A DNA stretch of 63,503 nucleotides, counting the filler, from Folioceros fuciformis (Eukaryota): NCBI GenBank assembly GCA_049999805.1. It is 7 parts of 7 records of this genome, joined end to end, with 100 filler letters (N's around TTAATTAATTAA, not from the genome) between each part and the next. Parts side by side here need not be neighbours in the genome. Positions count along the whole stretch, not along the records: positions 30,133 to 54,231 come from JBNGIO010003635.1; 6 more parts are not named here. One strand, written 5' to 3'. Within the stretch, counting starts at the first letter, position 1. Each line of letters opens with the position of its first letter. Shown one piece after another: positions 38,768 to 51,935 of this stretch. The notes under the pieces were generated by a model. That model was given only the letters and a program-made list of their open reading frames with translations. It did no database searches and was not told the DNA's origin. The position numbers were made by a program, and so were the translations under genes.

Positions 38768-40133
38768 TTACTGGTCGTAACTGGATATCTTCCGGCCGTT
38801 CAACTTCTGCAGCGGTCTGGAATTTTGATTCTGCAGTCCGCCAAAGCGAGCCTCAGCCGTCACGTCATTTGCATTGCAAACCCACCAGCAAATCTACGTT
38901 CCACACACACCGGGGACGCCGCTTGGTATTGCTTCAATTGTTTCCTGCTCATAGTTTCCACGTCTTTCATGACAGTCCAAGTGACAACTTCTGAGCAAGG
39001 TGGGGTCGTGAGGGAGCCCTGGTAGCGCCAATACTTGGACCTCTTCTGGATGTTCAATCCCCTCATGCTTACCTTCGCCTCACTGCTGATGTTGGAGGAT
39101 TGTCTCACCCCAGGAAGATGGGCCCAAACCTATTGGCAGGACATGGCCCAGTCAGCTACCCTACAAACGTTTCATATAACCTGGAAAAGGAGAAATTGTG
39201 TGGTATCACTCACGACTCACCTGCCTAAAGAAGTGGTTGTGCTTTCTTCCCACCTCGAAGAGAATGCTCAGGACTGCAAGCCTGCCGACAGCTTCGCTTT
39301 TGTGGACGATGTGCAATTCCAGAGCGGACCTTAAACATACATCTACGATCACTGGGCAGTTGGAATTTTGGACCCCGGAAGTCTACTGTACGCTACATTC
39401 CTGACCTTCGGCACGCCTTCCAGGCAGGCTAAGGGAGATGACGCCTACATGCAACTGGTTGTTGGAAAGTTTGCTCAAGAGTTTGGATTACCTGACGTTG
39501 TCGATTGTGTGCTCGCTCGGGGAGTGAAAGTGTAAGTTGCTAAAGTGGTAGGAGACATTCTCCACTCGGATCAGGCCCCAGCCTTCCTGCACATCCACCT
39601 GCAGGCAGCCAGCTGAAAGTCAAGGTAACGAAGCATTGAATGCAGAACGGGCGGTTTCCTTGAAATGAAACCTCAATTGCTTGGTGACTCCTCAGAAGCG
39701 TGGCCCTCTGGGGAGCAGAGTCATACTGGAAATTCAAAGGGCCCAGCTCGCTCCCGTTCCCGCTCCCTGCAAATGGTTGGCTGTCACTGAAGAAGGCAAT
39801 TGGGGACTGCGCAGTGCCTGTCCCGCATGTCACCCAATTGGGCCAGTTGAGGCTCCCCCAATACGAAGGACCCGATGGGTCGCTCTGATTATAGCTGAAG
39901 ACGACGTCTTCTTGCTGAAGTCGCCTTGAGTCTCTGCAAGCTACAAAACCCAAAGCAACGGTGATCTTCAGCGGGATTGCCAGATGTCGGTTTCACGGAT
40001 GATCAGAATCTGAGCAATTTTAAAGCGCTTCTAGAATTTGTCGCAAGCTTTCACCATAAGAAAATGTCACGATCAGGAGGATTTGCAGCAGGAGCGAGAC
40101 CACAAAAGTGCGCAAGGTGAGGTATGCAGCCAT
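38768..40133 (-). CDS. Secreted alpha-carbonic anhydrase, multi-exon
   Basis: Signal-peptide exon (MAAYLTLRTFVVSLLLQILLIVTFSY), then FSY..GPSYWG..CGTGTAQSPI, LHFHSPSEHTID, ELHIVH, YWRYQGSLTTPPCSEVVTWTV and NSRPLQKLNGR. All three Zn-binding His are present. Confidence 0.93.
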
Positions 40134-40389
40134 GTTGGTCACAATGCCAGCAATGCTGTTTCCTCACAAGCAACCTTGCGTGCTTAGTATGACATTCCGC
40201 TTTCAATTTCGAGAGTGGTACGCAGAGGTCCTACGCCAACCTAGCACGGCATCTTCAAACTGCGGTCATGTCACTATCTCCCAGCTAATGCTCCAGGACC
40301 TCGCAGTCCTGACAGCACACGTAGAGAAAGGAAGACAGAGTAGCACGGTTACACGTACAGATTTGAAAATCCCTGGCTGGTAAACGACT

Positions 40390-41937
40390 CTACCTGTCAA
40401 ATACTACAGCTACCTTCCCTCTCCCACGGGTCTGGGACCGGGACAGGGACCGGAAGTGGGTCTGGTTGAGGTTCTGCTCCTGGTCCTGCAACTGGTTCGC
40501 CCAAACAGCTGTTTGTTCCATGCTTTGCTCGAAGGACGTTACCGGCTCGTATCCCAGCTCCTTCGTCGTTTTGGCACTGCTGAGAGTGAGGTTACAGCAG
40601 ACGAGAGCCAAAACCTGTCGACTCCAATACCTCCCTTTCCAGAAGGATGCAAAGCGGGGAGGCAACTTTTCAATCACTTTGGCCAAATTCCATCGAGCAT
40701 CAGGAAGCACTCCCTCGGATGTGGGAACTCTCAGGTCTGGTATGCACTGCGCATATCTTGAGAAAAATGTTCGGGCTAGCATCGGCGACTCCCCTGCCAA
40801 ACGTGCAAGAGTCAATTCTAATCCTCAACTTGCGTCAATAGTAAATGCATCATTTGTTCTGCACATTACAACCACAAAGATTGGCAGGCACTCACGGTCT
40901 TGGAAGTGGTAAGCTTGCTTAGAGCGGCCTTTGACAGCAGTAAGACGGAGGCCCACCGCTAGATTACGAACAGACAAAATTGAAACCCGCAAGTCATCGG
41001 GTTTGGCGAACTGCCACTTCTTGCTTACCATAGCATTTCGCAGAAACTCGAGCAAAACACCATCGTGTGGCCCGTGAACCAAAGGTATCCTGGATGTGTG
41101 GTCGAATGAGACATAATCTCTTCGTCTGCTCTTCAAATCCTCACGTAGCTAGAGATGTGCGTTGAATTACCTGACACAAGCAGTCCAGAAAGAGCCAGTG
41201 GCAGCCGCCAAAGCAATGTCCTCTGCAATTGAACAAGCTGTTGCATAGCGGAGAAAGGGTGCAGGATTTCTGGGATCGTCTTCTTCAGCACCTACAACCC
41301 CAGCCTTAACCTTTCTTGGACGCTGGAACACTGCGATTGAAGAGACATGCACAAATCTGGGAACATTTGCGGCCTGCTTGGATCAAACAACAGCGGTGAG
41401 CAAGAGTGTGAAGTTTTGGCAGATCTGCAGATGCTGTCACTCTCAACCCCATATGGGATCATGATCCAGAACGACGGCAGTCTACGTCTTACTTTTGCTG
41501 CTTCAATCAACTTGTGAGTGCCTTCCACTACGTCTCTCAAAGACAGGTCCCACGAATCTACTGCCAGAAGGTGATACAAAACATCGCATCCCCTCATTCC
41601 TGAACACACAGTCCTAACGCTAGCTCAAACCATGCAGCAAGGGGGGATCAAAACCGCTTTGCAATCTTGAGAACAGGCTAAAAGCAAATGCAAAAGTGCC
41701 TTGTATAAGCAACTCTGGGGGATCGTTCACGTCGCCTCGAAGGACTTCGACGTAGTCATCAACCAGGGGCAGGAATGCAGCTGATTTCGGGTCAACCTCT
41801 GCAACAGCTTCCCGTATGACAGCATCTGCTTTTTCAGAAGGGGAAAGGACCACCACAGTGTCGCCATGATCGCCTACGAGGTACTTCACTAACTCCCTGC
41901 CGATGAATCCAGGTGCCCCCGTCACAAACGCCCTCAT
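40390..41937 (-). CDS. Extended/atypical SDR (NAD-dependent epimerase / 3-beta-HSD-like), multi-exon
   Basis: MRAFVTGAPGFIG Rossmann motif, then GDV..GMRGCDVLYHL, VEGTHKLIEAAK, HVSSIAVF, VRIPLVHGPHD and AKTTKELGYEP. Confidence 0.85.
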
Positions 41938-42740
41938 CTCTACACCTCCTCCAAATCTCTACGTGTCACTTACATCCCAGCCCTGGGAGTTATGAGTTAA
42001 TCAGAACACAAGAAGACACAGCTCAAATTCTTCCGCAAGAAATTGCTCGACTGGGCACAAGACACGATGATCAGATGTGCAATGTTATGGCCACGTAGAA
42101 ACATTAAGAAGAGCACAGTGCCGAGCACCTGGGACACTTTTATAGGAATATACAACAGCCACGGGCGAGATGTTATTCCTTCCTTGCTATTTTCATGACC
42201 CTGACACTGGTCCCCCGTGTGGCAAATGAGACGAGGAAGCGGGAAACCAGCGGACTCTCCTCTGGACCCACTGTAGCAAAACTTTCTGCAACTTCGAGAG
42301 CACACGCAACTGGCAGCCCATAACGGGAAACAACTTGATCCCGCTTAGTCGGAAGGAGCGCAAGCTACTTGCTGCAGCAGGTGTCTGAGCAGAGCTTAAC
42401 ACTCATGAAATTGAACCAACGGGCTCAAGCGAGGGTGTGGTCGACATCATATCGTCTGTGCTGCCATACAGATCGTTCTCCAACAAGTTTGCGAAATCCC
42501 GATCCACTTTCGAGATGCAAACCAAGGCCCCTGCAACCACTCAGCCCCAGGGATAGAACACCCGAGACCTAGCTGGCCTCCAGTCGGTGGCCCTCCAAGC
42601 CCTTGCTTGTACTGCTGAAATCGTGCAGATGACAAGGCCACCGCACGCAAGGACCATAATGACGCTAAATCCCGTCCGGGCAATTAGATAGGAACATTCA
42701 TTATAGGTGATATACAGCACATATACAGCACATCAAACAA

Positions 42741-45700
42741 CATGGGTACCACCATTCACAACTACAATGTTGACATCAAAGATCGGGATCGTTTTAATGG
42801 TTCTGATTATGATACATGGGTGGTTCGCATGACCTCCATACTTGATGAGGCTGACCTCATGGGGATAGTGGATGGCATAGAACCAGAGTCATCCTCAATA
42901 CTGTAAGCACAAATGAGGGCGACGTCGATCAATGGAAGAAAAAGGACAAGAAAGCAAGGAAGCTTATACTCGCAGGACTTGAGCGACAAACGTTACATCA
43001 AGTTGATGGAACAACAACCTCAGCCCAAGCTTGGCCACAGCTTGCAAACTTGTACCAAGCAGAAGATCTTGGCACCATGGTGGTAGCAGTGATTTGTTCT
43101 CACTAAGAATGAAGGACACAGATACGGCCCACCACCATATATCTATCTTCAAGACAGCCCGTGCAAAACTGGCTAGCTCCGGCTTGCAGCTCGATGAGGT
43201 GAAGGCAACAGCCGTGTTTTTATACACCCTGTCATCAAGCCACCATGACTTTATTACCTCACAAAACCCCAGAATTCGGGACGCTCAAAAAGCCTTCAAG
43301 AAAGGTAGACAAGCTCAGAAAGATGCCGAGGGCATACTTACTGAAGTTCTCTCGGCCTTCATACAAGACAATCTTACCAGACAAGCTTCCTGAAGCTCCA
43401 AACCCAGCCGCATCATGTATGTGGGTCCTGGTCGTGGCCGAGGCTGGTCCAATAGGTCACAACAACGATCAGAAAGATATGATCACTCATCAAGTAGACC
43501 ACCCCAAACTAGACAAGGCCCAAATCAGAGGAAGAAAGGCAGTTGTAATTGGTGTTGAATCCCATGACACAAGGAGAATGAATGCAGAAAGAAGACTGCA
43601 GGAATACCTCAAAGAGCACCACCTACAGTTAATGCTACCTCGACAACCAATACGTATACACGAAGATCTCCAGTGTCATCATCACCAGGGATTATGGCAG
43701 TCTACATCACCAGAAATCCAGTTGACCATATTGGATAGTACCTTGACTCTTGTGCATCATTGCACATCTGCCACACACGATCTTTCTTTACCACTTATTA
43801 TCCAGCTCCTTCTAATGAATTCGTGTTGTTAAGAGATGATTCAGGACTTCGAGTGGAAGGCAGAGGGGAAGTACCACTTACCCTCACTGACCAAACTCAA
43901 CTTCTCCAGGTAAACGTCCTCCATGTACCTACAATGGTGAAGAACTTGATATCAGTCTCATAGCTAATGAAGACACATCAATTTACTTTAACCTTTAACA
44001 ACACCTATTGTATGCTAACAAAGATAGGCCATTTACATGCCTCAAGTACAGGCTACCTTGTACAAGACATATACAAATTGGATGCCACATCCAGCAAGTA
44101 CAAGCAGTCACATGATACTGCTATGGCCGTGGCAAAAAACCAATCAAGTAAGTCGAAAGAAGCACTAAAATGGCACCTTTGTCTTGGTCACCCAAGTAAT
44201 GAACGACTACAACAGGTTACAATAGCTAATCTATACATTCATTGACGGAATCGAGAAGTTACCAGATCTTACGTTCTGCGAGACATGTATCCTAGCCAAT
44301 AAACGACAAGACATGTTTCCCACTCATCAGCCAGACCAGAACAACACACTTCTAAAACTTGTTCACTCGGATCTATGTGGCCCTATGGCCACACCCTCAC
44401 TCGGGGGTGCAAGATACTTTCTAACATTCACAGATGATTTATCAAGAATGTGCTTTACTTACACATTGATGCTAAAAAGCCATACTTTTGAAACTTTTCA
44501 AACATGGCTGGCACTTGTGGAGACACAGACAGGTTGTAGACTCCGTTGCCTCCGCTCAGACAATGGCGGGGAATTTGTCTGCGAACAGTATGATAGCTTC
44601 TATCAAGACAGGGGAATAGTGCGTCAGCTCACAGTAGCATACACACCCCAGCAAAACGGGGTCACTGAGAGGTTAAACCAACCCCTACAAAGGATGGCAA
44701 GAGCAATGATGAGACATGCGGGCTTGAGCAAAGGTTATTGGGCTGAGGCCATAGCCACAGCCACATACCTACGCAACAGGCTTCCCTCTTGCTCCATCCA
44801 CGGCTTAACACCCTATGAGTAATGGACAGGCTCTAAGCCGTCGATTCTGCATCTCCGTATATTTGGTTGCATAGCGCCTACAGTTTCATCCCTGAACCCA
44901 AATGGAAGAAATTTGATGATAGGGCATATTGATATTCATAGATTACGGTGACTGGATCAAAGGCTACAAGTTGTTCAACCCACAAACGAGAGCTGTTACC
45001 TTTGCAAGGAGCGTCACCTTCCACGAGGATCCCCTACTCATGCGAGCACGATCAAATGACGTTGTGGACCATAACATTTCGTCTCCATCAGATCTTGATC
45101 AAACCCCTTCCACAGATTTTGAAGACGAGACTCCTACATATGTTCCTCAAGAGGACTCTCTTTGAAACTCAGCCTCCGGCCCCAGTGCACACAGCGCTCG
45201 CTCCCGCTGCTTAGCCCCCTACTCCAATGGTGCCTGCTCCTGTTACACCACCACCACAACCTCCTAATCTGATTTTTGGAGATATTCCTCCACGAAGCCA
45301 TTCCAGATGTCATACAACCTGTGGAACCACATGTCCTTATACCTGGACAGGCTCGCGACCCCCCTGACGACCTTCAGGTAGCTCCTGCTCCCAAACAGGA
45401 AGCTCATGACGAATCATCACATACTACCAGGACTCTACGACCGCGACATAATCTTAGGGCTCCAAGCTGCTACCGATCCGACGACTTTGTGACAAGTTTA
45501 CCAACTACCCAACGCAATGGGAGGCAAGGAAGGGAAAACAATGGAGCTCACCAACACCCCTATGCTCCAAATGCTTCCCTTGGCGATTATGAAGATCTGC
45601 TTGAAGATGACACGAATAATTCTAACTCAATTAATATTGCAGAAGATATTGGCCACTCATTACCTTTCAGCAACGTATTATTCGAACTCACTCCTGATCA

Positions 45701-48700
45701 TGTCAACGAGATAAACCAGGCACTGCTCTCCCGCATATGGGCTTTTGAACACATCGTTCCTGTTGATGAGGCCCTCTCAGGTCCTGAATGCGAAGAGTGG
45801 CTTAAAGCCATTGATTCGCAATGGAAGTCACTCATACATAATGAAACTTGGAAATTAGAAGACTTACCTCCCCAGAAGAACTCCTATCTCATGTAAATGG
45901 GTATTGCGCAAGAAGTACAATGCTGACGGCACTTTATCTCGCTATAAGGCTCAACTCGTTGCTAGAGGCTTCAACCAAAAGCCTGGAGTTGATTATGATC
46001 CGGACTGTGGAGACCACATGGTAGATAGGCCTCTTAGAAAATGGGTGGTATTTGTTTTTTTTGGAGTTTTGATAGAATTCCTTGAAGAGGTAATTAGGAA
46101 ACTATGTTAGATAAGGCTAGATTAAATATGAGGATCAGGAGATAGTGGTGGTACAGTTTAGAAAGTCAACAATCGTCTAGATAACCTGTGGCCGTGGAAA
46201 ATATGAAGTAGGGGGTAGGGTGTGCCCATGGAGAGGGACGCCGGCGTGTGTGGAACCCTAAGTCGGGCATGTGAGGGTGAGTTGGGGCCTCAGGAGCGTG
46301 CGGAAGGCGGTTGGGCATAGGCATGGAGGTAGGGTGCCTAGGCCTGTCTTGGCCTCCGGCCAGGTGGCCGGGGCTGAGGATCTTGGCCGGTAGGCAGGCT
46401 GGCCTCCTGCTGGGATGGATCTTGACAGGCTGACGGATCGGTGGCTTCAAGCCCAGGCAAGATTCAATAGGCCGAGGGCCGGCTGGCTACTGAGGAGCCT
46501 GGCCCGCAGCCCAGCCCGGCCCAGCTGCAGGCAAGCTGCAGGCGGATCTGCTGGGCTAGCTGCCTGGCCAGATCTAGGAGGGCAGGTCGGCCTGGAGGGT
46601 GGCTGGGCCAGTGGAGGCCCGGCTATGCAACCAGCTGGGCTAACCGGCTGGATGCGGTTGCGGGCGGACTAGCGGTGGGCAGATTCGACCAGGCAGCCAG
46701 CCCGGCCCAATAGCAGCAGGGCCGGGGAAGGACTGATGGCTGGATCTGGAGGCCGGAGACCAGCTAGCGGTCTCTGGCCAGTCGGCCTGGGCAAGTAGGT
46801 GACAGCCAGGGGAATCGAGCAAGCGGGCAAGCTGGCAAGGGGGGCTTGCCAGATTCGGCTGGCTTCCGCCGCCGGATCTAGCTAGCCAGCAGGCTGGCCA
46901 GGCGGCTGGCAGTAGTGGCTGAGGCAGCTAGCTGGCGGGCTCAGGTGGCCCCCTGGCTGGATCAGGTGACAGGCCTCCGGAGGCATTGGCTGCTTGGCCG
47001 GATTCAGAGGGAGAGCAGGCCAGCTTGCGGCCTCTGGCAGGCGGATCCTGCTAGTGGCAGACCAAGTAGGTGGATCTAGGAGGCCAGGTCGGCGGCGGGC
47101 TGGCTGGCAAGCGGCCGGCAAGCGATCTTGCAGGCAGATTTGGCCAGGCAGCCGCCTGGCACAGGCTGGCTGGCTGAGGGAAGTCCTAGCCGGAGGGAGT
47201 GTCGGATCGGCAGGCTGGCTGCCTACCAAATCCGAAAGGCAAGAGGCCGGGGTGGGGCCTCTAGGGACGCTGGAGACCAGGCAGGCGGATCCTTCCAATG
47301 GCGGGCCAGGCAAGGCTGCCAGATCCAGGGAGATGCTAGCCGGATTGCCAGACAACCCAACCCGGTCTTGGCAATAGGAGGTCGGCGAAGCTAGGCCAAA
47401 GCTAGGAGCAGGCCAGGAAGGCTGGCGGCTGGCTGGCCGGCCGGATTTGGACCAGCAGCACAGGCAGGCCAGGCGGGTGCGGTCGGCCTGGCGGGGTGAT
47501 GGAGGCGGGTTGTCGGCAGGGTGCTTTAGGCATGGCAGGCCGGGGCAGGTTTAAGGCAGGCCGTGTGGCTGCAGGGGGCGGGATCCGGTGGAGGCAGGTA
47601 GGCTGGTCGAGGCCGGGCAGAGCAGGCCGGCTTGCGGGCAGCCTGGCTGGACGACGGGTAGACCGGTTGCAGGGGGAATTCAACCAGATAGCCGGGCTGA
47701 TCCGGCTGGCTGGCAGGTGAATCCAAGCCCAACAGAATTGCTAAGACTGGATAGGGCCGGGATCGCAGGATCCAAGCAACCATGGCAGGCTGGCCGGGAT
47801 CGCGTTTGGCAGGTTGACTGGCTAGACGGCACTGAGCGGCCTAGATCGGGATCTAAGCTGGCGGCTGCTAAGCGGGCAGACTGGATCCAGGTGGTTGGCT
47901 AGCCTAAGCGGATGGCAAGGCAGCTAGCTACTGGTGGCTGGATAAGCGGCTAGCCGCGGTTGGAGCCAGGCACGCGGCCTGGCTGATCAGCTAGCAGGGG
48001 TGGCTGAAGAGGACACGCATTTGGATAGGCGATCAGCTGGGGGGCGACTGGCTGGCTGGATCTAGCCATACATCTAGTTGGCGGGCTGGCCGAATTAGGG
48101 CCAGATCGCCAAGCAGCTGGCAAGCGGGCCAGCAGCGCAGGCAGGCCAGAGGTGGCGTCGGATTGCCAAGTAGCCACCGGGCTAGTCGGAAGTAGGTTGG
48201 CAGGGGGCTGGCTGGCGGAGCAGAAGGAGAAGGGCAACTTGCCTAACACGTCCATGCTACCCTCGCGCCTTCACTTTACAAAAGACGACTCTCATGTTGA
48301 TGGGGACAGGTCGGTTGCACTGGTTTCTACCTCGAGGTGGCTGGGGCTAGAGATTCCCAGGTTGCTCTGCCTGTGGAATCAGATAGTGAGAAGAACCGTA
48401 GGGTTTGACGTCGGTGCGTATTCCTCTTGAGTGTGGTGGTTGTGGCCAGCTCTCTTTCCAGGCGATCACAGGTGCTGGGAGACATGTTGGAGCCGCTTGG
48501 TTTTGTTGGCAGGGGAAACCCTAACCTGCAGGACTGGGCCCAACAGGAGAAACTGTGTAAGAACTAGGTTATTCTATGATGGTGTTTTCTTATAGGGAAA
48601 GTAAGTGGAGGGAGTGCGCCTCATCTGCTACCAAACGATGGTTACAAGGTGGATGGAAAGCAACTCAAGTCTGGCTTTTGGCAAGAAGGCCACGGTGGCC

Positions 48701-51700
48701 TAGACAATGGTCGGTGGTGCAGGCCTCTATGAGAATGGGTGCAGGCAGAGCTAAGACAGGTTGAGGGACCTGCGAACTGCCTGATGATAATTATGGGGAC
48801 AAGGGATTGGGGGAATGCCACCTCAGGTGCCATGTCTACAAGGTTACGTCATCAGGGGTACTAGAAGGGCAGCTATGCCAGGTCATGGGCTCCTTGGCCA
48901 GCAAGATAGGGAGTAGATGATTGGAGGAAGGTGGAGTCCCTAAGGATTGCAGATGATCTGAGAGAAAGGAGAGGATCGAAGAGAGAGGAAAAGAGTGTCG
49001 AGAGGCACTAACGATTTTGGCAGTCTTGAGAGGTTGGTCAATTTTGGTGAGAGCACCCAGTGGTCTCTAAGGGACACAACCGTCGGGGTTAGAGTTAAGT
49101 TAGGTTAGAGTTATGTTAGGTCAGAGTTAGAGTTAGGATTAAGTCGGAGTTAGGTTTAGGTTTTGACGAGTGGAGGGTTTTGTCTGAGGCCTGCTGACCT
49201 GGTTAGGTAGTGATAGGGGGTTCCTAGCGAAGGGAGTATAAGAGGCCAGGCCTGTCATTGAGGGGGGAGGCTTTTTTTGGTGAAGAGTGCCCTTGACCTT
49301 CTGTGCAGGCTGCTGGGTTAGAGGGATTAATAAGTGTGCACATGCACCTCGGCCTTGATTCCCCATGCCACAAGGGGAATGTTGCGGCTCCCAAAATCGC
49401 CGAGATCTGGGTGGTCAGATCCGCAGAAGTTGACCTTTCTTGCAAGCTAGTTGGGTGGTTGGGGTACCTTGACGTCCCTAAGGGGTTTCCAATGCGACAG
49501 ATTGCAGGGCTGTGAGCCGAGGAGGCTATCCAGCCTAAGTTTGCACATCCTGGCCTCAAGGGCTGCAAGTGAGGGGCTGTTGTGTTCCAAAATCCAGGAG
49601 TGAGACGTGGAGGCGAAGGGTTGAAGAGTTGAAGTGTTGGGGCAGAGATTTGAAATGCTGGAGAAGTGCTGGAGTAGAGACTTGAGGTCTAGAGTTTGGA
49701 GTTGTTGTGCTGGGATTGAAGTTCTCAATCAGCTGCTGAGGTGGCTGGCATTTAGGGCTGAGAGTGGAGGTCGAGGCCAAGGCTAGGGCCTCCTCTCAGC
49801 TGCTGAGGCGGCTAATACCAGGAGCTGGAAGTGAGAGCTGAGGATGATGCTGAGTCCTCATTCAACTGGGGTTGTGGTTGGTGTTGAAGACAGGGTTCTA
49901 ATCTTTTTGCTATAGTGTGGTTAGGTCTAGGAGCTGGCTGATAGATTGGATTAGATTTGGGCAATGTGGGGAAGATTGTGGGGAACCTTGACACTAGTTC
50001 ACTCCCTTGGAAGCGAATCCTAGTACTACGACGATAATAAGGGGAAGTGTGGCCCTTGGTGGTTCTAGGGTGCAAGTTCCACTCCACACATACCTATACT
50101 CACCTGTAGTAAGACCAGAATCAATATGGTTTATCTTAGCCATAGCAGCCATTGAAGATCTCATACTCTACCAAATGGATGTAAATACAGCTTTTCTCTA
50201 TGGCAAGCTGGAAGAAACTATCTACATGAGCCAACCCAACATGTATGTTGACCCTAAACACGTACACCAAGTATGTAGATTGCTCAAAGCACTGTATGGA
50301 TTAAAACAAAGCGCAAAAATCTGGTGTTTACGAGCTGACACACATCTTAAGTCTTCGGGGTTTGTACAGAGTCATGTGGATTCCAATGTATACATATTGA
50401 TCACAGAAAAAATGGATACGCATTCCTATGCCTCTATGTCGATGATTGTATTATTGCAATGAGCACACAATCAACTCTATCCAAAGTCAAAGAAATACTT
50501 AGCAAGGAATTCTACATGAAAGATGTAGGAGAACTCAAATACGTTTTAGGTGTTCAAGTTGAACAAAATTTATCTCATCATGAGATTTGGATCCACCAAC
50601 AAAGATGTAGGAGAACTCAAATACGTCTTAGGTGTTCAAGTTGAACGAAATTTATCTCATCATGAGATTTGGATCCACCAACAAAAAAAAAAAAAAAAAA
50701 AAAAAACATAAATGATATACTGAAGCGAATGCAGCTGGATGATGCAAGACCAGTGAATACACCTATGGTCGCTAACATGTCCTTGTCAATGCTCGATTAC
50801 CCACAGTCAGATCAGGAGAAAAAGGAGATGACCAAAGTACCTTATAGACAACCCATAGGATCCCTGATATATGTCGCTAATTGGACACGACCAGAAATAC
50901 AATATGCAGTAAGCCAGGTAAGGCAGTTTCTACAAAATCCTGGAAGGACACATTGGGTCATAGTAAAGAGGATCTACAGGTATTTACAAGGCACACCTAC
51001 ACATGGGATCAAGTATTCCAGGAAGTGTAAGATACCCTCGATACTCTATGGTTACTCAGATGCCGACTGGGGAAGAAATCCGGATGATCGATGAAGCATC
51101 GGAGCCTATGTCTTCTTACTCAACGAAAGTGCCGTCTCCTGGTCCTGTAAGAAGATCTCTTCGATCTGCACGTCTACAGCAAAGAGTGAGTACAGCTCAC
51201 TCTCCATGGCAGCCAAAGAGCTTGTATGGGGACGAAGTCTTCTGGAGACAATCAATTATTATCAAAATAACCCCACGGAGTTATACACAAATAGTCAAGC
51301 AGCAATGGCGATGGTAGCGAATCCGCGATTCCACAGGCGAACCAAGCACATAGAGCTGAAACATCATTACATAAGAGAAGTCATTCAAACTGGCAAGGCG
51401 CATCTTAGTTTCGTAGCAACAGAGAATAATACTGCGGACGTACTTGCAAAGTCTCTGCTTTGGCACCAACATTGCTGACACTCCTAAGGAATGGTTGTAT
51501 ATATCTGCCCGATTGTAGGATCTGGTAAAGCAGTCACTTTCAAGGACGAACCACACTCAAACTAACGAAGAAGATGTATGGCCCAAGACTTCACAATTCA
51601 GTGGGAGCTAGGTCCATCACATGATGGCGATTACTATGTACGACCGATCCTCCCAAGACGCTCGCGAAGCACAACACGCTGGATAACTCCGGTGATCAAA

Positions 51701-51727
51701 GTTTGAGGCTCGGCGTGCCAGTGGGAG
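42741..51727 (+). mobile_element. Decayed Ty1/copia LTR retrotransposon (gag-PR-INT-RT-RH), interrupted by a nested insertion
   Basis: gag DRDRFNGSDY..W; degenerate zinc knuckle; PR IVDSCASLHIC; INT LKLVHSDLCGPM..LRSDNGGEF..TPQQNGVTER; RT RYKAQLVARGF, QMDVNTAFLYG, YVDD; RH YSDADWG..RTKHIELKHHYIRE. Many stops and frameshifts. PPT-like gtgggag precedes TG at 51728. Confidence 0.92.
46006..50088. mobile_element. ~4.1-kb non-coding element with TGTGGAG...CTCCACA termini (solo LTR or non-autonomous LTR element) nested in the copia RT
   Basis: The copia RT breaks at PGVDYD and resumes at YSPVVR. The ends are 7-bp inverted termini starting TG and ending CA, with imperfect 5-bp flanks (cggac / catac). 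Confidence 0.75.
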
Positions 51728-51935
51728 TGTCGGAAGACGTGAAACGCACTTGAGCATATTAGGGCTTGTTAGTTAGGGCACGTTTCGCATTTTGGCATGT
51801 ACGCCATATTGAACCAAAGCATCATTTTCTTAGAGTCATGTCTTTTCATGATGTACCATAACAAAAACTCTCTCTTATAACACGCGCTTTATTGATTGAA
51901 TCCTTCTCCTCTCAAAAACTCGTTATACCTTGCAA
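51728..51935 (+). repeat. Candidate 3' LTR of the copia element
   Basis: Starts TGTCGG directly after a purine tract and contains a TATA-like ttataa. The 3' boundary is uncertain and no matching 5' LTR was seen. Confidence 0.4.

Noticed and set aside
46166..48430. Numerous Pro/Ala/Arg/Gly-rich ORFs
   Set aside because: By-products of GC-rich low-complexity DNA; no domain motifs.
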